Shown here: one piece after another, positions 49,259 to 58,032 of the stretch
Layout: every line of letters starts with the position of its first letter
Position numbering within the stretch: the first letter of the stretch is position 1
Origin: Deltaproteobacteria bacterium
GTDB lineage: Bacteria > Myxococcota_A > Polyangia > Nannocystales > Nannocystaceae
Direction of reading: 5' to 3'
DNA length: 64,000 bases
Assembly (NCBI GenBank): GCA_016712475.1
Contig: JADJRA010000001.1
Span: forward strand, 1,669,414-1,733,413
Notes under the pieces: model-generated
The model's input: only the letters and a program-made list of their open reading frames with translations
The model's database searches: none
What the model was told of the DNA's origin: nothing
Program-made: the position numbers and the translations under genes

Positions 49259-49902
49259 TCCCGCGCGTGCTCGTGGTCGACGATCAGGCGCTCTTCCGCC
49301 AGGGGCTGTGCAGCTTGCTGGCGGGCGACGGCACGCTTCAGATCGTCGGCCAGGCTGGCAACGGCCTCGAGTGCCTGCGACAGGTCGCGCTGCTGCAGCC
49401 CGACGTGGTCCTGCTCGATCTGCGCATGCCCGAGCTCGACGGCGTGCAGACGATCCGGCGGCTCCGCGAGGCGGGCAGCGATGTGCGCATCGTCGTGCTC
49501 ACCACCTTCGACGACGACCAGCTGGTGTTCGAAGCGCTGCGCGAGGGTGCGCTCGCGTTCCTGCTCAAGGACGCGGATGCCGAGGAGATCGCCGATGCGA
49601 TCCGTGAGGCCGCCGAGGGTCGCGGGCGTCTGGCATCCGCGGTGACGCACAAGGTCGTCACCGAGTTCGCCCGCATGGCGCGGCGGCTCGGGGACACGCC
49701 GACCGACACCGCCGGGTTGTCGCGCCGCGAGATCGAGGTACTGAAGCTGCTCGCCCGCGGCGCGACCAACAAGGAGATCGCGAGCACGCTGCACATCGCC
49801 GAGGGCACAGTGAAGAACCACCTCACCAACATCTTCACCAAGCTCGACGTGAACGATCGGACCCGCGCTGCGCTCCGGGCCCGCGAGCTCGGGTTGCTGT
49901 GA
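49255..49902 (+). CDS. LuxR/NarL-family response regulator
   Basis: Receiver VLVVDDQALFRQG..VLLDLRMPELDG and C-terminal LuxR HTH (LSRREIEVLKLLARGATNKEIASTLHIAEGTVKNH). Start overlaps the HK stop (ATGA). Confidence 0.9.
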   Translation: MIPRVLVVDDQALFRQGLCSLLAGDGTLQIVGQAGNGLECLRQVALLQPDVVLLDLRMPELDGVQTIRRLREAGSDVRIVVLTTFDDDQLVFEALREGALAFLLKDADAEEIADAIREAAEGRGRLASAVTHKVVTEFARMARRLGDTPTDTAGLSRREIEVLKLLARGATNKEIASTLHIAEGTVKNHLTNIFTKLDVNDRTRAALRARELGLL

Positions 49903-49950
49903 GGGTCGGCGGTCGGCGCAGCCCGACCACAATCGGTGTACGCTGGACGC

Positions 49951-50655
49951 ATGACGCAGGCCGTCGGCCCGATCCTCCGTGCGGTCCTGGGCGTTGCTTC
50001 GAGCCTGTCGCTCGCCTGCGATCCGGCGACCCCCACGGTCCCACCGACGTCTTCGTCGGCGACGAACATCGCCCCGCAGGCTGCGGGCGTGCAGGCGACA
50101 TCGGCATCGCCGTGTGCGGGCAAGCGAGCGTCGCCGCTACTGCTCCAAGTCGATGCGACCCAGCAGTCGTCGATCGCGCAGGCGATGTCGCGAGACCTCG
50201 CCGTGGTGGCGTTCGACTGCACATCGATCACGGTCCTCGAGTCGTGCCGTCTCGAGGGGCGCTATCGATTCGTGGCGGGCCGCCGCGACGAGATCCAACG
50301 CCGCGTGTCGTCGGCCGAGGATGCGGCCGCGTCGCTGTGGGGGGCGGCCACGCCACCGCTCACCCTCGAGCCCGGCGAGACGCTCGAGCTGCGCGCCATC
50401 GCCATCGGTCAGCAACGGGCCGATGTCGCCGGCGCGAGCGCGAAGCTTCTCGCGGGAGACTGCGCCAAGGCGACGCACTTCATCCGGAGCGCGCGCATCG
50501 GTGCCTACGAACTGACGGGCAGGGTGGGCACGACCAAGCACGAGTCCAAGTCGGGCGATCTGACCACCTGCCCCGGCGACGGCGTGCGCACGCGGCTCCC
50601 GCCACCGCAGTGCAGCGGGCCGCTGCAACTCGAGCTGGTTCCAATCGGTCCATGA
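49951..50655 (+). CDS. hypothetical lipoprotein
   Basis: Lipobox VASSLSLAC. 49 nt downstream of the response regulator. Confidence 0.45.
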   Translation: MTQAVGPILRAVLGVASSLSLACDPATPTVPPTSSSATNIAPQAAGVQATSASPCAGKRASPLLLQVDATQQSSIAQAMSRDLAVVAFDCTSITVLESCRLEGRYRFVAGRRDEIQRRVSSAEDAAASLWGAATPPLTLEPGETLELRAIAIGQQRADVAGASAKLLAGDCAKATHFIRSARIGAYELTGRVGTTKHESKSGDLTTCPGDGVRTRLPPPQCSGPLQLELVPIGP

Positions 50656-50748
50656 CGGCCTCCGGACCGGTCGGGGGACACCGGGCCACGACCGGTTCCC
50701 GCGCGAGCCCTAGAGAGACGAACCGCAGATGTTGGACGTGGCGCGGGC

Positions 50749-51315
50749 GTGACGGGCTCTACGGGCGGGTGTCGCCCTCGTCGCGAGCGGGAGGGCGCGT
50801 CTCGTTCTACGATTGCGTCGGCCTTGTTCTGCGCCCGCTCGACGTCGTGTCTGTTCGCGCTCTGCCTTCTGCTCGGCCTGCCCTGCGGCTGCGCAGGACG
50901 AACGATCCGCGGTCAGCCGGATGCATGGTACGCACCGCCTGCGTCGTGGGACTGGCCGCGAGACCGCGTGCCCGACGAACAGTTCCGCGTCGTCACGTCC
51001 GCAGGACGGGCCGCGGCCGAGGCCTCGCTCTCGACCCGCGCTTGGGTGCCGCTCGATGAGGTGCCCGGTCTCGCGATCGAGACCGAGGGTCTCGTCGTTC
51101 CTGCGGGAGGCCGCGTCTACCTGGTGCGCGGCGTGATGCTCGAAGGCACCGACGGCACCGGCCGATTCTCCATCGAGCAGGCCGACGACGGCACTACGGC
51201 CGTGAACTGGGGCTGCCTGGGCGCCGGCGCGGCGCGGCAGGTGCGACGACCACTGATCGTCGCGCTGCCTCGACCGCCACGAGACCTGGTCGTCGCCGTC
51301 TCGATGGCGCGCTGA
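50749..51315 (+). CDS. hypothetical protein (possible lipoprotein, start uncertain)
   Basis: ORF with hydrophobic LFALCLLLGLPCGC segment. Weak call. Confidence 0.3.
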   Translation: MTGSTGGCRPRREREGASRSTIASALFCARSTSCLFALCLLLGLPCGCAGRTIRGQPDAWYAPPASWDWPRDRVPDEQFRVVTSAGRAAAEASLSTRAWVPLDEVPGLAIETEGLVVPAGGRVYLVRGVMLEGTDGTGRFSIEQADDGTTAVNWGCLGAGAARQVRRPLIVALPRPPRDLVVAVSMAR

Positions 51316-51351
51316 CGCCCGAGTCCCTCGTCGTGCACGGCACCGCCTCGA

Positions 51352-52263
51352 TCAGCGCGGCTCGAGGATGTCGCGGTGCTCGGCGCTCATGCTGCCGAAG
51401 TGCACGTTGCCCCTGATCTCGGCCACGCTGGGGAACACCTCGGTCTGCATGCAGTGCACCGCCTTGCCCCACCGGCTCCACCCATTGCCGGGCGGCTCGT
51501 CGACGATCGGCGTGAGCCCGTGGTGACGCACGAACTGGGTCAGCATCTCGCCCCAGACCTGCTTCACGACGGCAGGGATGCTGCCCATTGCGATCTCGGA
51601 GCCGGCGACCACCTGGCTGGAGAAGCGCTCGATGGCGACGGTCTCGAACACACAGCGATCGTCGCGGTAGCCGAACGAGCTGCCCACGTCGAAGCGAAAC
51701 GCGCGACGACCGGCGAGGAAATGACACTGGTTGTAGTAGACCGCGATGTCGGCCAGCTTGCGAGCGATGACCGCGACGAGCAGGCCACCGCCGGGCACCA
51801 GCGCCGCGAGGATGCTCGCGAGCGCACCAGCGGCCTGGCGGATCTGCTTGTCGTTGTCGTCTTCGAACTCGCGCTTGAGCGTCTGCACGGTGAAGCCGGT
51901 GCCATGCTTGGTCACGAGCCCGACGCAGTCGGTGTGCAGGTCGGGCATCATCCAGTCGCGCACGCGTTCGGGCACTGGCACCGGGATCGGAATGCCAGCG
52001 ACCGGGATCGTCACATAGACGTTGAACGGCCTGATGCGCGCGACGCCGCGGAATCGCAGCGTACCGCTGCCGTTCCAGGTTCGATCGCTCCACTGCACCG
52101 AGGCGGTGTTGGCCGCCATGTAGCGCGGCATGTTGGCCATCAGGGAACCGCCGATGGCTGCGATTTGGCTCCGGTCACGCGGCGGCCTCACGCAGATGCG
52201 GAACCGGTTCATGTGTACATTGCCGTAGCCGTTGTGGATGGAGATGGATGTGAAGTCGCTCAT
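51352..52263 (-). CDS. hypothetical cytoplasmic protein (303 aa), compositionally atypical
   Basis: No signal peptide. More Ile/Phe/Asn/Tyr/Lys than neighbouring genes and somewhat lower local GC. Confidence 0.5.
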   Translation of the reverse strand: MSDFTSISIHNGYGNVHMNRFRICVRPPRDRSQIAAIGGSLMANMPRYMAANTASVQWSDRTWNGSGTLRFRGVARIRPFNVYVTIPVAGIPIPVPVPERVRDWMMPDLHTDCVGLVTKHGTGFTVQTLKREFEDDNDKQIRQAAGALASILAALVPGGGLLVAVIARKLADIAVYYNQCHFLAGRRAFRFDVGSSFGYRDDRCVFETVAIERFSSQVVAGSEIAMGSIPAVVKQVWGEMLTQFVRHHGLTPIVDEPPGNGWSRWGKAVHCMQTEVFPSVAEIRGNVHFGSMSAEHRDILEPR

Positions 52264-52486
52264 GGTCGTCGGGGAGGGGGACCCGATCCCAGCGACTGCG
52301 AATCGCCGGACTCGAGAGAGCTACGCCCGAGCGCGCGCCGTGCTTCACGTGATCGGGTCGGCGCCGGCGGCGACCCGATCACGTGAACCGAGCGGGGGTC
52401 GTGGGCATCACTGGAAAGCTGTCATGGCAGGCCAGGACTCGCGGTGAGCCGTCTCGGCGGCCTCGCGCGACTTCCCCTGCGCCACG

Positions 52487-53863
52487 ATGCGCCACCGCTC
52501 CCCCGCGATCCACCACGTCACCGTCGCGCTTGCCCTCGCCGCCTGCGGTGGCGACGACGCCCACGATGCCGACGCGAGCACCGAGTCCTCCACCGGCTCG
52601 GCATCGACGGCTTCGACGAGCGTCTCCGCCACCGCAGATGCCACCGGCATCACGACCGACAGCTCGGCCGAAGCGAGCTCGGGCGTCACCGCCTCGACCA
52701 CCGACGCGGGCGATGACACCACCACCACCGGCGAACCCGTCGGCCCTGGCGGCTGCGCTGGCGAGGGCGCGCCGCTCACCGATCTCGAGCGCGACATCGC
52801 GGAGCTCCCCGCCGACACCTGGTGGTCTGCGCCCGACACGAAGATGCGTGCGGTGTGCTCCGACGATCTGAGCGAGTACATGTGTGCATCCGTCATCGCG
52901 GCGTGGAGCGGCGGCGCGTGGGATCCCGTGCATCGGCAGATGCTGATCTTCGGCGGCGGCCACACCGACTCGGGGGACAACGCGCTCTACGCCTTCGACC
53001 TGGGCACGCTCGCGTGGTCGCGACTCACCGAGCACTCGTCGGTCGATCTGAAGGACGCGGATCCCCTGCCCGATGGGCAACCCGCGTCGCGCCACACCTA
53101 CGACGGGCTGCAGTACCTCACGGGCGCGCAGCGCCTGTTCGCGTGGGGCGGATCGCAGTGGGAGAACGGCGGCATCACGAACATCACGTGGACGTTCGAT
53201 CACGCCTCGGGCTGGCACGACACCGGCGTGCAACCGCCGATGTCGTTCACCTACGCCCACGGCACAGCCTACGACGCCGCCAGCGATCGCGTGATCATGC
53301 ACCACGACTACGGCCTGCACGCCTTCGACCCCGCGAGCAACACGTGGACCAAGCTCGAGGACTACGGCACGCCGCCCTACTGGCCGCGCTACTCGATCTC
53401 GGGTGACTACCGCGGCGTGGTCGACAGCTCGCGCGGGCTGGTGTGGTTCCTCGGTGCGCGGCTCTACCTGGTCTACGATCTCGCCACCGGTGAGCACGTC
53501 ACCGACGACTGGATCACGCAGGGCGGCGGCGCGTTCACCAACGCCGATGCGGTCGCCGGTCACCCCGAGCAGGTGATCCAGACCGGCGGCGCCGTCGTGA
53601 TCGAGGCCGCAGGGCCCGGCGTCGACTACGATCCCGCGGGCGACGCCCTGGTCGCGTGGGCCGGCGGTGCGCCGTGGCGCCTCGATCTCGCGAGTAAGAC
53701 GTGGAGCGAGCTCTCGGCCGAGGGCGCCCCCGCAGCACCGCAATCATCGGGCGGCACGTACGGTCGCTGGCGCTACGTCCCCCGCGTCAACGCGTTCATC
53801 CTCGTCAACGACGTCGACCAGGACGTGGTGTTCTACAAGCACACCGCCGGCTGCGGTCCGTGA
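52487..53863 (+). CDS. lipoprotein with probable beta-propeller (Kelch-like) domain
   Basis: Lipobox VALALAACGG, Ser/Thr linker, then repeated W/G-containing blades (..LIFGGGHTD.., ..LFAWGGSQW..). Confidence 0.6.
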   Translation: MRHRSPAIHHVTVALALAACGGDDAHDADASTESSTGSASTASTSVSATADATGITTDSSAEASSGVTASTTDAGDDTTTTGEPVGPGGCAGEGAPLTDLERDIAELPADTWWSAPDTKMRAVCSDDLSEYMCASVIAAWSGGAWDPVHRQMLIFGGGHTDSGDNALYAFDLGTLAWSRLTEHSSVDLKDADPLPDGQPASRHTYDGLQYLTGAQRLFAWGGSQWENGGITNITWTFDHASGWHDTGVQPPMSFTYAHGTAYDAASDRVIMHHDYGLHAFDPASNTWTKLEDYGTPPYWPRYSISGDYRGVVDSSRGLVWFLGARLYLVYDLATGEHVTDDWITQGGGAFTNADAVAGHPEQVIQTGGAVVIEAAGPGVDYDPAGDALVAWAGGAPWRLDLASKTWSELSAEGAPAAPQSSGGTYGRWRYVPRVNAFILVNDVDQDVVFYKHTAGCGP

Positions 53864-53970
53864 TCCCGCGGGCGACCACCAACCGGTGCCGCGCAGGTCG
53901 TGGGTGTGGTGGAACCGCTGCGCGCGGGTAACCTGGGCGTCGCGGTCGGCGTCCGATCGCCTGCACCGTC

Positions 53971-55008
53971 ATGTCGTCGCTCGCCATCCCGCTGTCCATC
54001 CTCGATCTCGCGCCGATCCGCGAGGGCGGCACCGTCGCCGATGCGCTGCACGAGAGCCTCGCGCTCGCCCGCGCCGCCGAGCGCCTGGGCTACCGGCGCC
54101 ACTGGGTCGCGGAGCACCACGGCATGCCTGGCATCGCGAGCGCGGCGACGGCGGTCGTGATGGCCCACCTCGCGGCGGGCACGTCGACGATTCGCATCGG
54201 GGCCGGCGGCATCATGCTGCCGAATCACGCGCCGCTGGTGATCGCCGAGCAGTTCGGCACGCTCGCGGCGCTGCACCCTGGCCGCATCGACCTCGGCCTG
54301 GGGCGTGCGCCGGGCAGCGACGGGCGCACCGCTCGCGCGCTGCGTCGCGACCCCGCGCGCGCCGACGCGTTCGCCGATGACGTGCGCGAGCTGCAGCAGC
54401 TACTGGCGCGACCGAGCCCCACGCAAGCGATCGTCGCGACCCCGGGCGCCGGCAGCGACGTGCCGCTGTGGATCCTCGGCTCGAGTTTGTTCGGGGCCCA
54501 GCTCGCGGCCGCCTACGGGCTGCCGTTCGCGTTCGCCTCGCACTTCGCACCCGACGCCTTGATGGATGCGCTCGCGATCTACCGCCGGCGCTTCGTGCCC
54601 TCGGCGCAGCTCGAGCAGCCCTACGCCATGCTCGGCCTCAACGTCCTCGCCGCCGAGACCGACGCGGCCGCGCGCCGCTCGTTCACGACCGTGCAGCAGG
54701 CCTTCGCCAACCTCGTGCGCGGCCAACCCGGCAAGTTCCGACCGCCCGTCGCCGACATCGAGGGCCACTGGTCCGCGGCCGAGAAGCAGCATGCCGAGCA
54801 CATGCTGCGTCACGCCGTCGTCGGCTCACCCAGCACCGTGCGCGATGGCCTCGCACGCTTCGTCGAGCAGACCCGCGCCAACGAGCTGATCATCACGACC
54901 ACGACCTGGGATCCCGCACAGCGGCTCGCGTCGTACGCGATCGTGGCGGAGCTCGCCGGACTCGAGGGCGCCGCCACACTGCCGGCGGCTTCGCTGCCGG
55001 CATCGTGA
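53971..55008 (+). CDS. LLM-class flavin-dependent oxidoreductase (luciferase-like monooxygenase)
   Basis: N-terminus LSILDLAPI..., WVAEHH, GIMLPNH are typical of the bacterial luciferase-like family. 345 aa. Confidence 0.8.
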   Translation: MSSLAIPLSILDLAPIREGGTVADALHESLALARAAERLGYRRHWVAEHHGMPGIASAATAVVMAHLAAGTSTIRIGAGGIMLPNHAPLVIAEQFGTLAALHPGRIDLGLGRAPGSDGRTARALRRDPARADAFADDVRELQQLLARPSPTQAIVATPGAGSDVPLWILGSSLFGAQLAAAYGLPFAFASHFAPDALMDALAIYRRRFVPSAQLEQPYAMLGLNVLAAETDAAARRSFTTVQQAFANLVRGQPGKFRPPVADIEGHWSAAEKQHAEHMLRHAVVGSPSTVRDGLARFVEQTRANELIITTTTWDPAQRLASYAIVAELAGLEGAATLPAASLPAS

Positions 55009-55042
55009 ACGACCCCGGACGCCACCCGCCGGTCGCGGGCCC

Positions 55043-55444
55043 TCAGTCGACCGGGTGGAACTCGATCCAGTTGGGATCGTGGTACCACTCGGGCGCCTCG
55101 CACCGCAGCACGTCGCCGTCGAGCAGGCAGAGCGCATCGAAGTCGTAGGTTTCGCATCCGAACTGCCGACCGTTGCAGCGCAGTGACATCTCGAACTGCT
55201 CCTGGTCCGGCGCGCCCTCTTCGGTTGCCACGACGACCACGTCGCCGTCGACCGCGAAGATCGCGGAGGTCCGCCGGAGCAGCGTCGCGGTGCCCTCGCC
55301 GTGCTCATCGAGCTCGAGCACGTCGGTCGAGCCGGGAACGACCGACTCGGCTTCCCACCGCCCGGCAAGCTCGGCGACGGGCCCGGAGTCGACCGCCGGC
55401 TGGCACGCGGCCAGCCCCAAAACGAAGGGGAAGAAGCGCCTCAT
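55043..55444 (-). CDS. small lipoprotein (133 aa)
   Basis: Start MRRFFPFVLGLAAC (lipobox) inside ORF 55043..55774. Confidence 0.5.
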   Translation of the reverse strand: MRRFFPFVLGLAACQPAVDSGPVAELAGRWEAESVVPGSTDVLELDEHGEGTATLLRRTSAIFAVDGDVVVVATEEGAPDQEQFEMSLRCNGRQFGCETYDFDALCLLDGDVLRCEAPEWYHDPNWIEFHPVD

Positions 55445-55560
55445 TCTGGGGGAGTGCCGGGGCCGGGGATTTCGATCGCCGCCGTGCACCACGCTGTGCG
55501 AAGCCGAGGCCGAAGCCGCCCCGCTCGCCCCGTGAAGCCCCCCGCGAGCTCGCCCTCGTC

Positions 55561-57159
55561 CTACTGCTCGAGCACGGCGGCCGCGAGCTCGATCTGCTCG
55601 TCGGTGAGGTGCCGGAAGCGGGCCGGCGGCATGAGCAGCGCCGAGTCCTTCGGGGCCCGGAGCCGATCGGCCGCGAGCTGCTTCTCGGCCGCCGACATCT
55701 GATCGAGGGTCTCGACGTTGAAGCGCGCGCGCGTGAGCGACTGATCGAGCCGCGAGTTGTGGCACTGGATGCACATCTGCGTGAGGATCTCCTCGCCGGT
55801 CGCGTCGGGCCGCGGCGTGATCGTCATATCGGGCAGCGCTGCGTCGAGGAACACGTCGCTGATGTCGGGCAGCTGATCGGGCGAGGTGACGCCGTTGCGC
55901 ACGTCGAGGTAAGCGTCGGTCATGTCGGCGACCTTCTGCGCATCGGTCACGCGGAAGTCGTGATACGGCGGCGGGATCGCGCTGCCGCCGAGGTAGGCGG
56001 CATAGAGACCATCCCAGGTGTTGCTCTGGCCCGGCGGCACGTTCACGCCCGGCTGCATCGGGTTCGAGGCGGTGACCTCGTTGTTGATCATGTCGGTGAT
56101 GAACTGATTGGGCTGCGCGATGAAGCCGTTGTTCTCGACGAAGTTCTCGAGCGCCGGTGGGCCGGCGAAGGTGCCCTGCGGGGCGCGGCAGCCGCTGGCG
56201 TAGTTGAGCGCGGGGATGCCGGCGTAGTCCTCACCGGAGTGCGCAGCGCGGAAGTCCGCGCACAGGAAGACGTTGCCCTGCGGCTCGTCGAACAACCAGT
56301 GCGTCCACGGGAACTGCAGCTCCTGCATGCGCAGGATCGATGCCGTGCCGGGACCATCGGGCTCGTGGCACTGCTTGCAATCGAAGATGGTGTTGGCGAT
56401 GTCGACGTCCTCGTAGAGCGTGTACTTGGTGTAGTCGCTCTCGATCGCGGGCGTGAAGAGATCACCGGGTGAGCAACCGCCGGGCTGGTCGTTGCAGGCC
56501 TGCTCGAACTTGAAGAGGAAGAAGCGCAGCTGATCGTTCGCGGTGGTGTCCTTGGCGACCAGCTCGACGAACTGCTCGCCGCGCGTGAAGCCGAGCGCGG
56601 CGTAGTGATCGTTGGGCAGCACGTTGCCCTGGCGCGGCTGGCCGCCGCGCGGTCGGGTGAACATGATGGCGCGGGGATTGATCGGCGAGACCAGCCGCAT
56701 CACCAGCGACGACGAGTGCGAGCTGAGCGCGAACGACGTGGTCGTCGGATCGGTCATGTCGAGACCAATGAAGTTCTGCAGCTCCACGAGGCTCGCGATC
56801 GTCGGCTGATCGTCGGTGGCGCAGAACGCCTGCGAGATCGGGTCGCCGTGCCCGCGGGCACACAGCGCATCGTGCTGGTCCTCGCCGTCGGGCAGACCAT
56901 CGAAGGGATCGGTCGGATAGTCGTCGCCGCCACCGCCGGTGCTCTCCTCGCCGCCACCGCCCGAGCTCGAGTCGCCGCCGCCCTGCGTGGTGCCGGGGCC
57001 TCCACCGCTGCCGCTGCTGCCGTCGCTGCCCATGCCCACCGTTGCCGAGGGCAAGGTATCGCCCTCGCTGCCGCTGCTGCCGTCGGCGCCCATCGGGCTC
57101 GCACCCGCGTAGCAACCCGCCAGACATGAACCAATCCACAACCACGCTGAGCGTCGCAT
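55561..57159 (-). CDS. lipoprotein with single CxxCH motif (paralog of 33725..35374)
   Basis: Lipobox WIGSCLAGC and G/S linker. DCKQCHEPDGPG and PWTHWL are conserved with the paralog. A second CIQCHNS lies near the C-terminus. Confidence 0.65.
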   Translation of the reverse strand: MRRSAWLWIGSCLAGCYAGASPMGADGSSGSEGDTLPSATVGMGSDGSSGSGGGPGTTQGGGDSSSGGGGEESTGGGGDDYPTDPFDGLPDGEDQHDALCARGHGDPISQAFCATDDQPTIASLVELQNFIGLDMTDPTTTSFALSSHSSSLVMRLVSPINPRAIMFTRPRGGQPRQGNVLPNDHYAALGFTRGEQFVELVAKDTTANDQLRFFLFKFEQACNDQPGGCSPGDLFTPAIESDYTKYTLYEDVDIANTIFDCKQCHEPDGPGTASILRMQELQFPWTHWLFDEPQGNVFLCADFRAAHSGEDYAGIPALNYASGCRAPQGTFAGPPALENFVENNGFIAQPNQFITDMINNEVTASNPMQPGVNVPPGQSNTWDGLYAAYLGGSAIPPPYHDFRVTDAQKVADMTDAYLDVRNGVTSPDQLPDISDVFLDAALPDMTITPRPDATGEEILTQMCIQCHNSRLDQSLTRARFNVETLDQMSAAEKQLAADRLRAPKDSALLMPPARFRHLTDEQIELAAAVLEQ

Positions 57160-57322
57160 CGTCGCATCCCCCACGCAGGTCTTCACCCGCGTTGCCGTCG
57201 GTAACTCGGCGCCCGCGCGGATTACAGCTGGGGTGCGCAGCGCGTCGGTCTACGCACCGAGGTGCAGCACCTCGCAAAGAAGTCAGAGGCGGGCAAGGGG
57301 TGCTGCTACGCTCGCGACCTTC

Positions 57323-58012
57323 ATGCTCCGCACGCTGACGCTGTCCCTCGTCGCTCTCACGGCATGTGCGAAGACCTCGACGCCGGGCTCCGACGGCGAT
57401 GCGCCCACGCCGCCCGCCAAGCCGACCGATCGCGACAGCCCCGAGCCCGAGCTGCCGGCACCGCTGCCGCGCGATGATCGAGCCGCCGTCGCGGAGGCGC
57501 TGCGGCCCCACGGCGTCACGCTCGACGACAGCGACTGCATCGCGTGGCCGCCGAGCTTCCCCCGCGTGGTCGTGATCGGCTCGTTCGCCAACGATCGCTG
57601 CTGCCAGCACAGCGGCACGCTGGTGGACAGGCAGTGGTCCACCGACGAGGCCTCGGTCGCGGGCCTCGCGACCCGTGGCTTCGCGTCGGCGAGTCTCGAC
57701 GACAAGCACACCATCGCCCGCGCGTGGGTCGACGAGGTCAACCACGCCTTCGGCCACGACTTCGTCACGGCCAGCGAGCCGGCGTTCTCACAGCCTGGCA
57801 GCCCCGCGTTCACGCCCGTGCACGTGCGCGACGACAAGCTCGCGGGCGTCGTCATCGAGGGCTGGGTTCGCCTGCCGTCCGGCATGGTCGACGAGACCGC
57901 GTACGCGTTCGAGAAGCACCGGATCACACGCGACGGCGCGCACAGCCACGAGTCCGATCGGCGCTTCGCGGTCGACGGCGCGGTGCTGCGCGGCGAGACG
58001 ACGAAGCCGTAG
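57323..58012 (+). CDS. hypothetical lipoprotein
   Basis: Start MLRTLTLSLVALTAC inside ORF 57233..58012. Confidence 0.5.
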   Translation: MLRTLTLSLVALTACAKTSTPGSDGDAPTPPAKPTDRDSPEPELPAPLPRDDRAAVAEALRPHGVTLDDSDCIAWPPSFPRVVVIGSFANDRCCQHSGTLVDRQWSTDEASVAGLATRGFASASLDDKHTIARAWVDEVNHAFGHDFVTASEPAFSQPGSPAFTPVHVRDDKLAGVVIEGWVRLPSGMVDETAYAFEKHRITRDGAHSHESDRRFAVDGAVLRGETTKP

Positions 58013-58032
58013 CGGCACTGCGCCGGTCGGCT

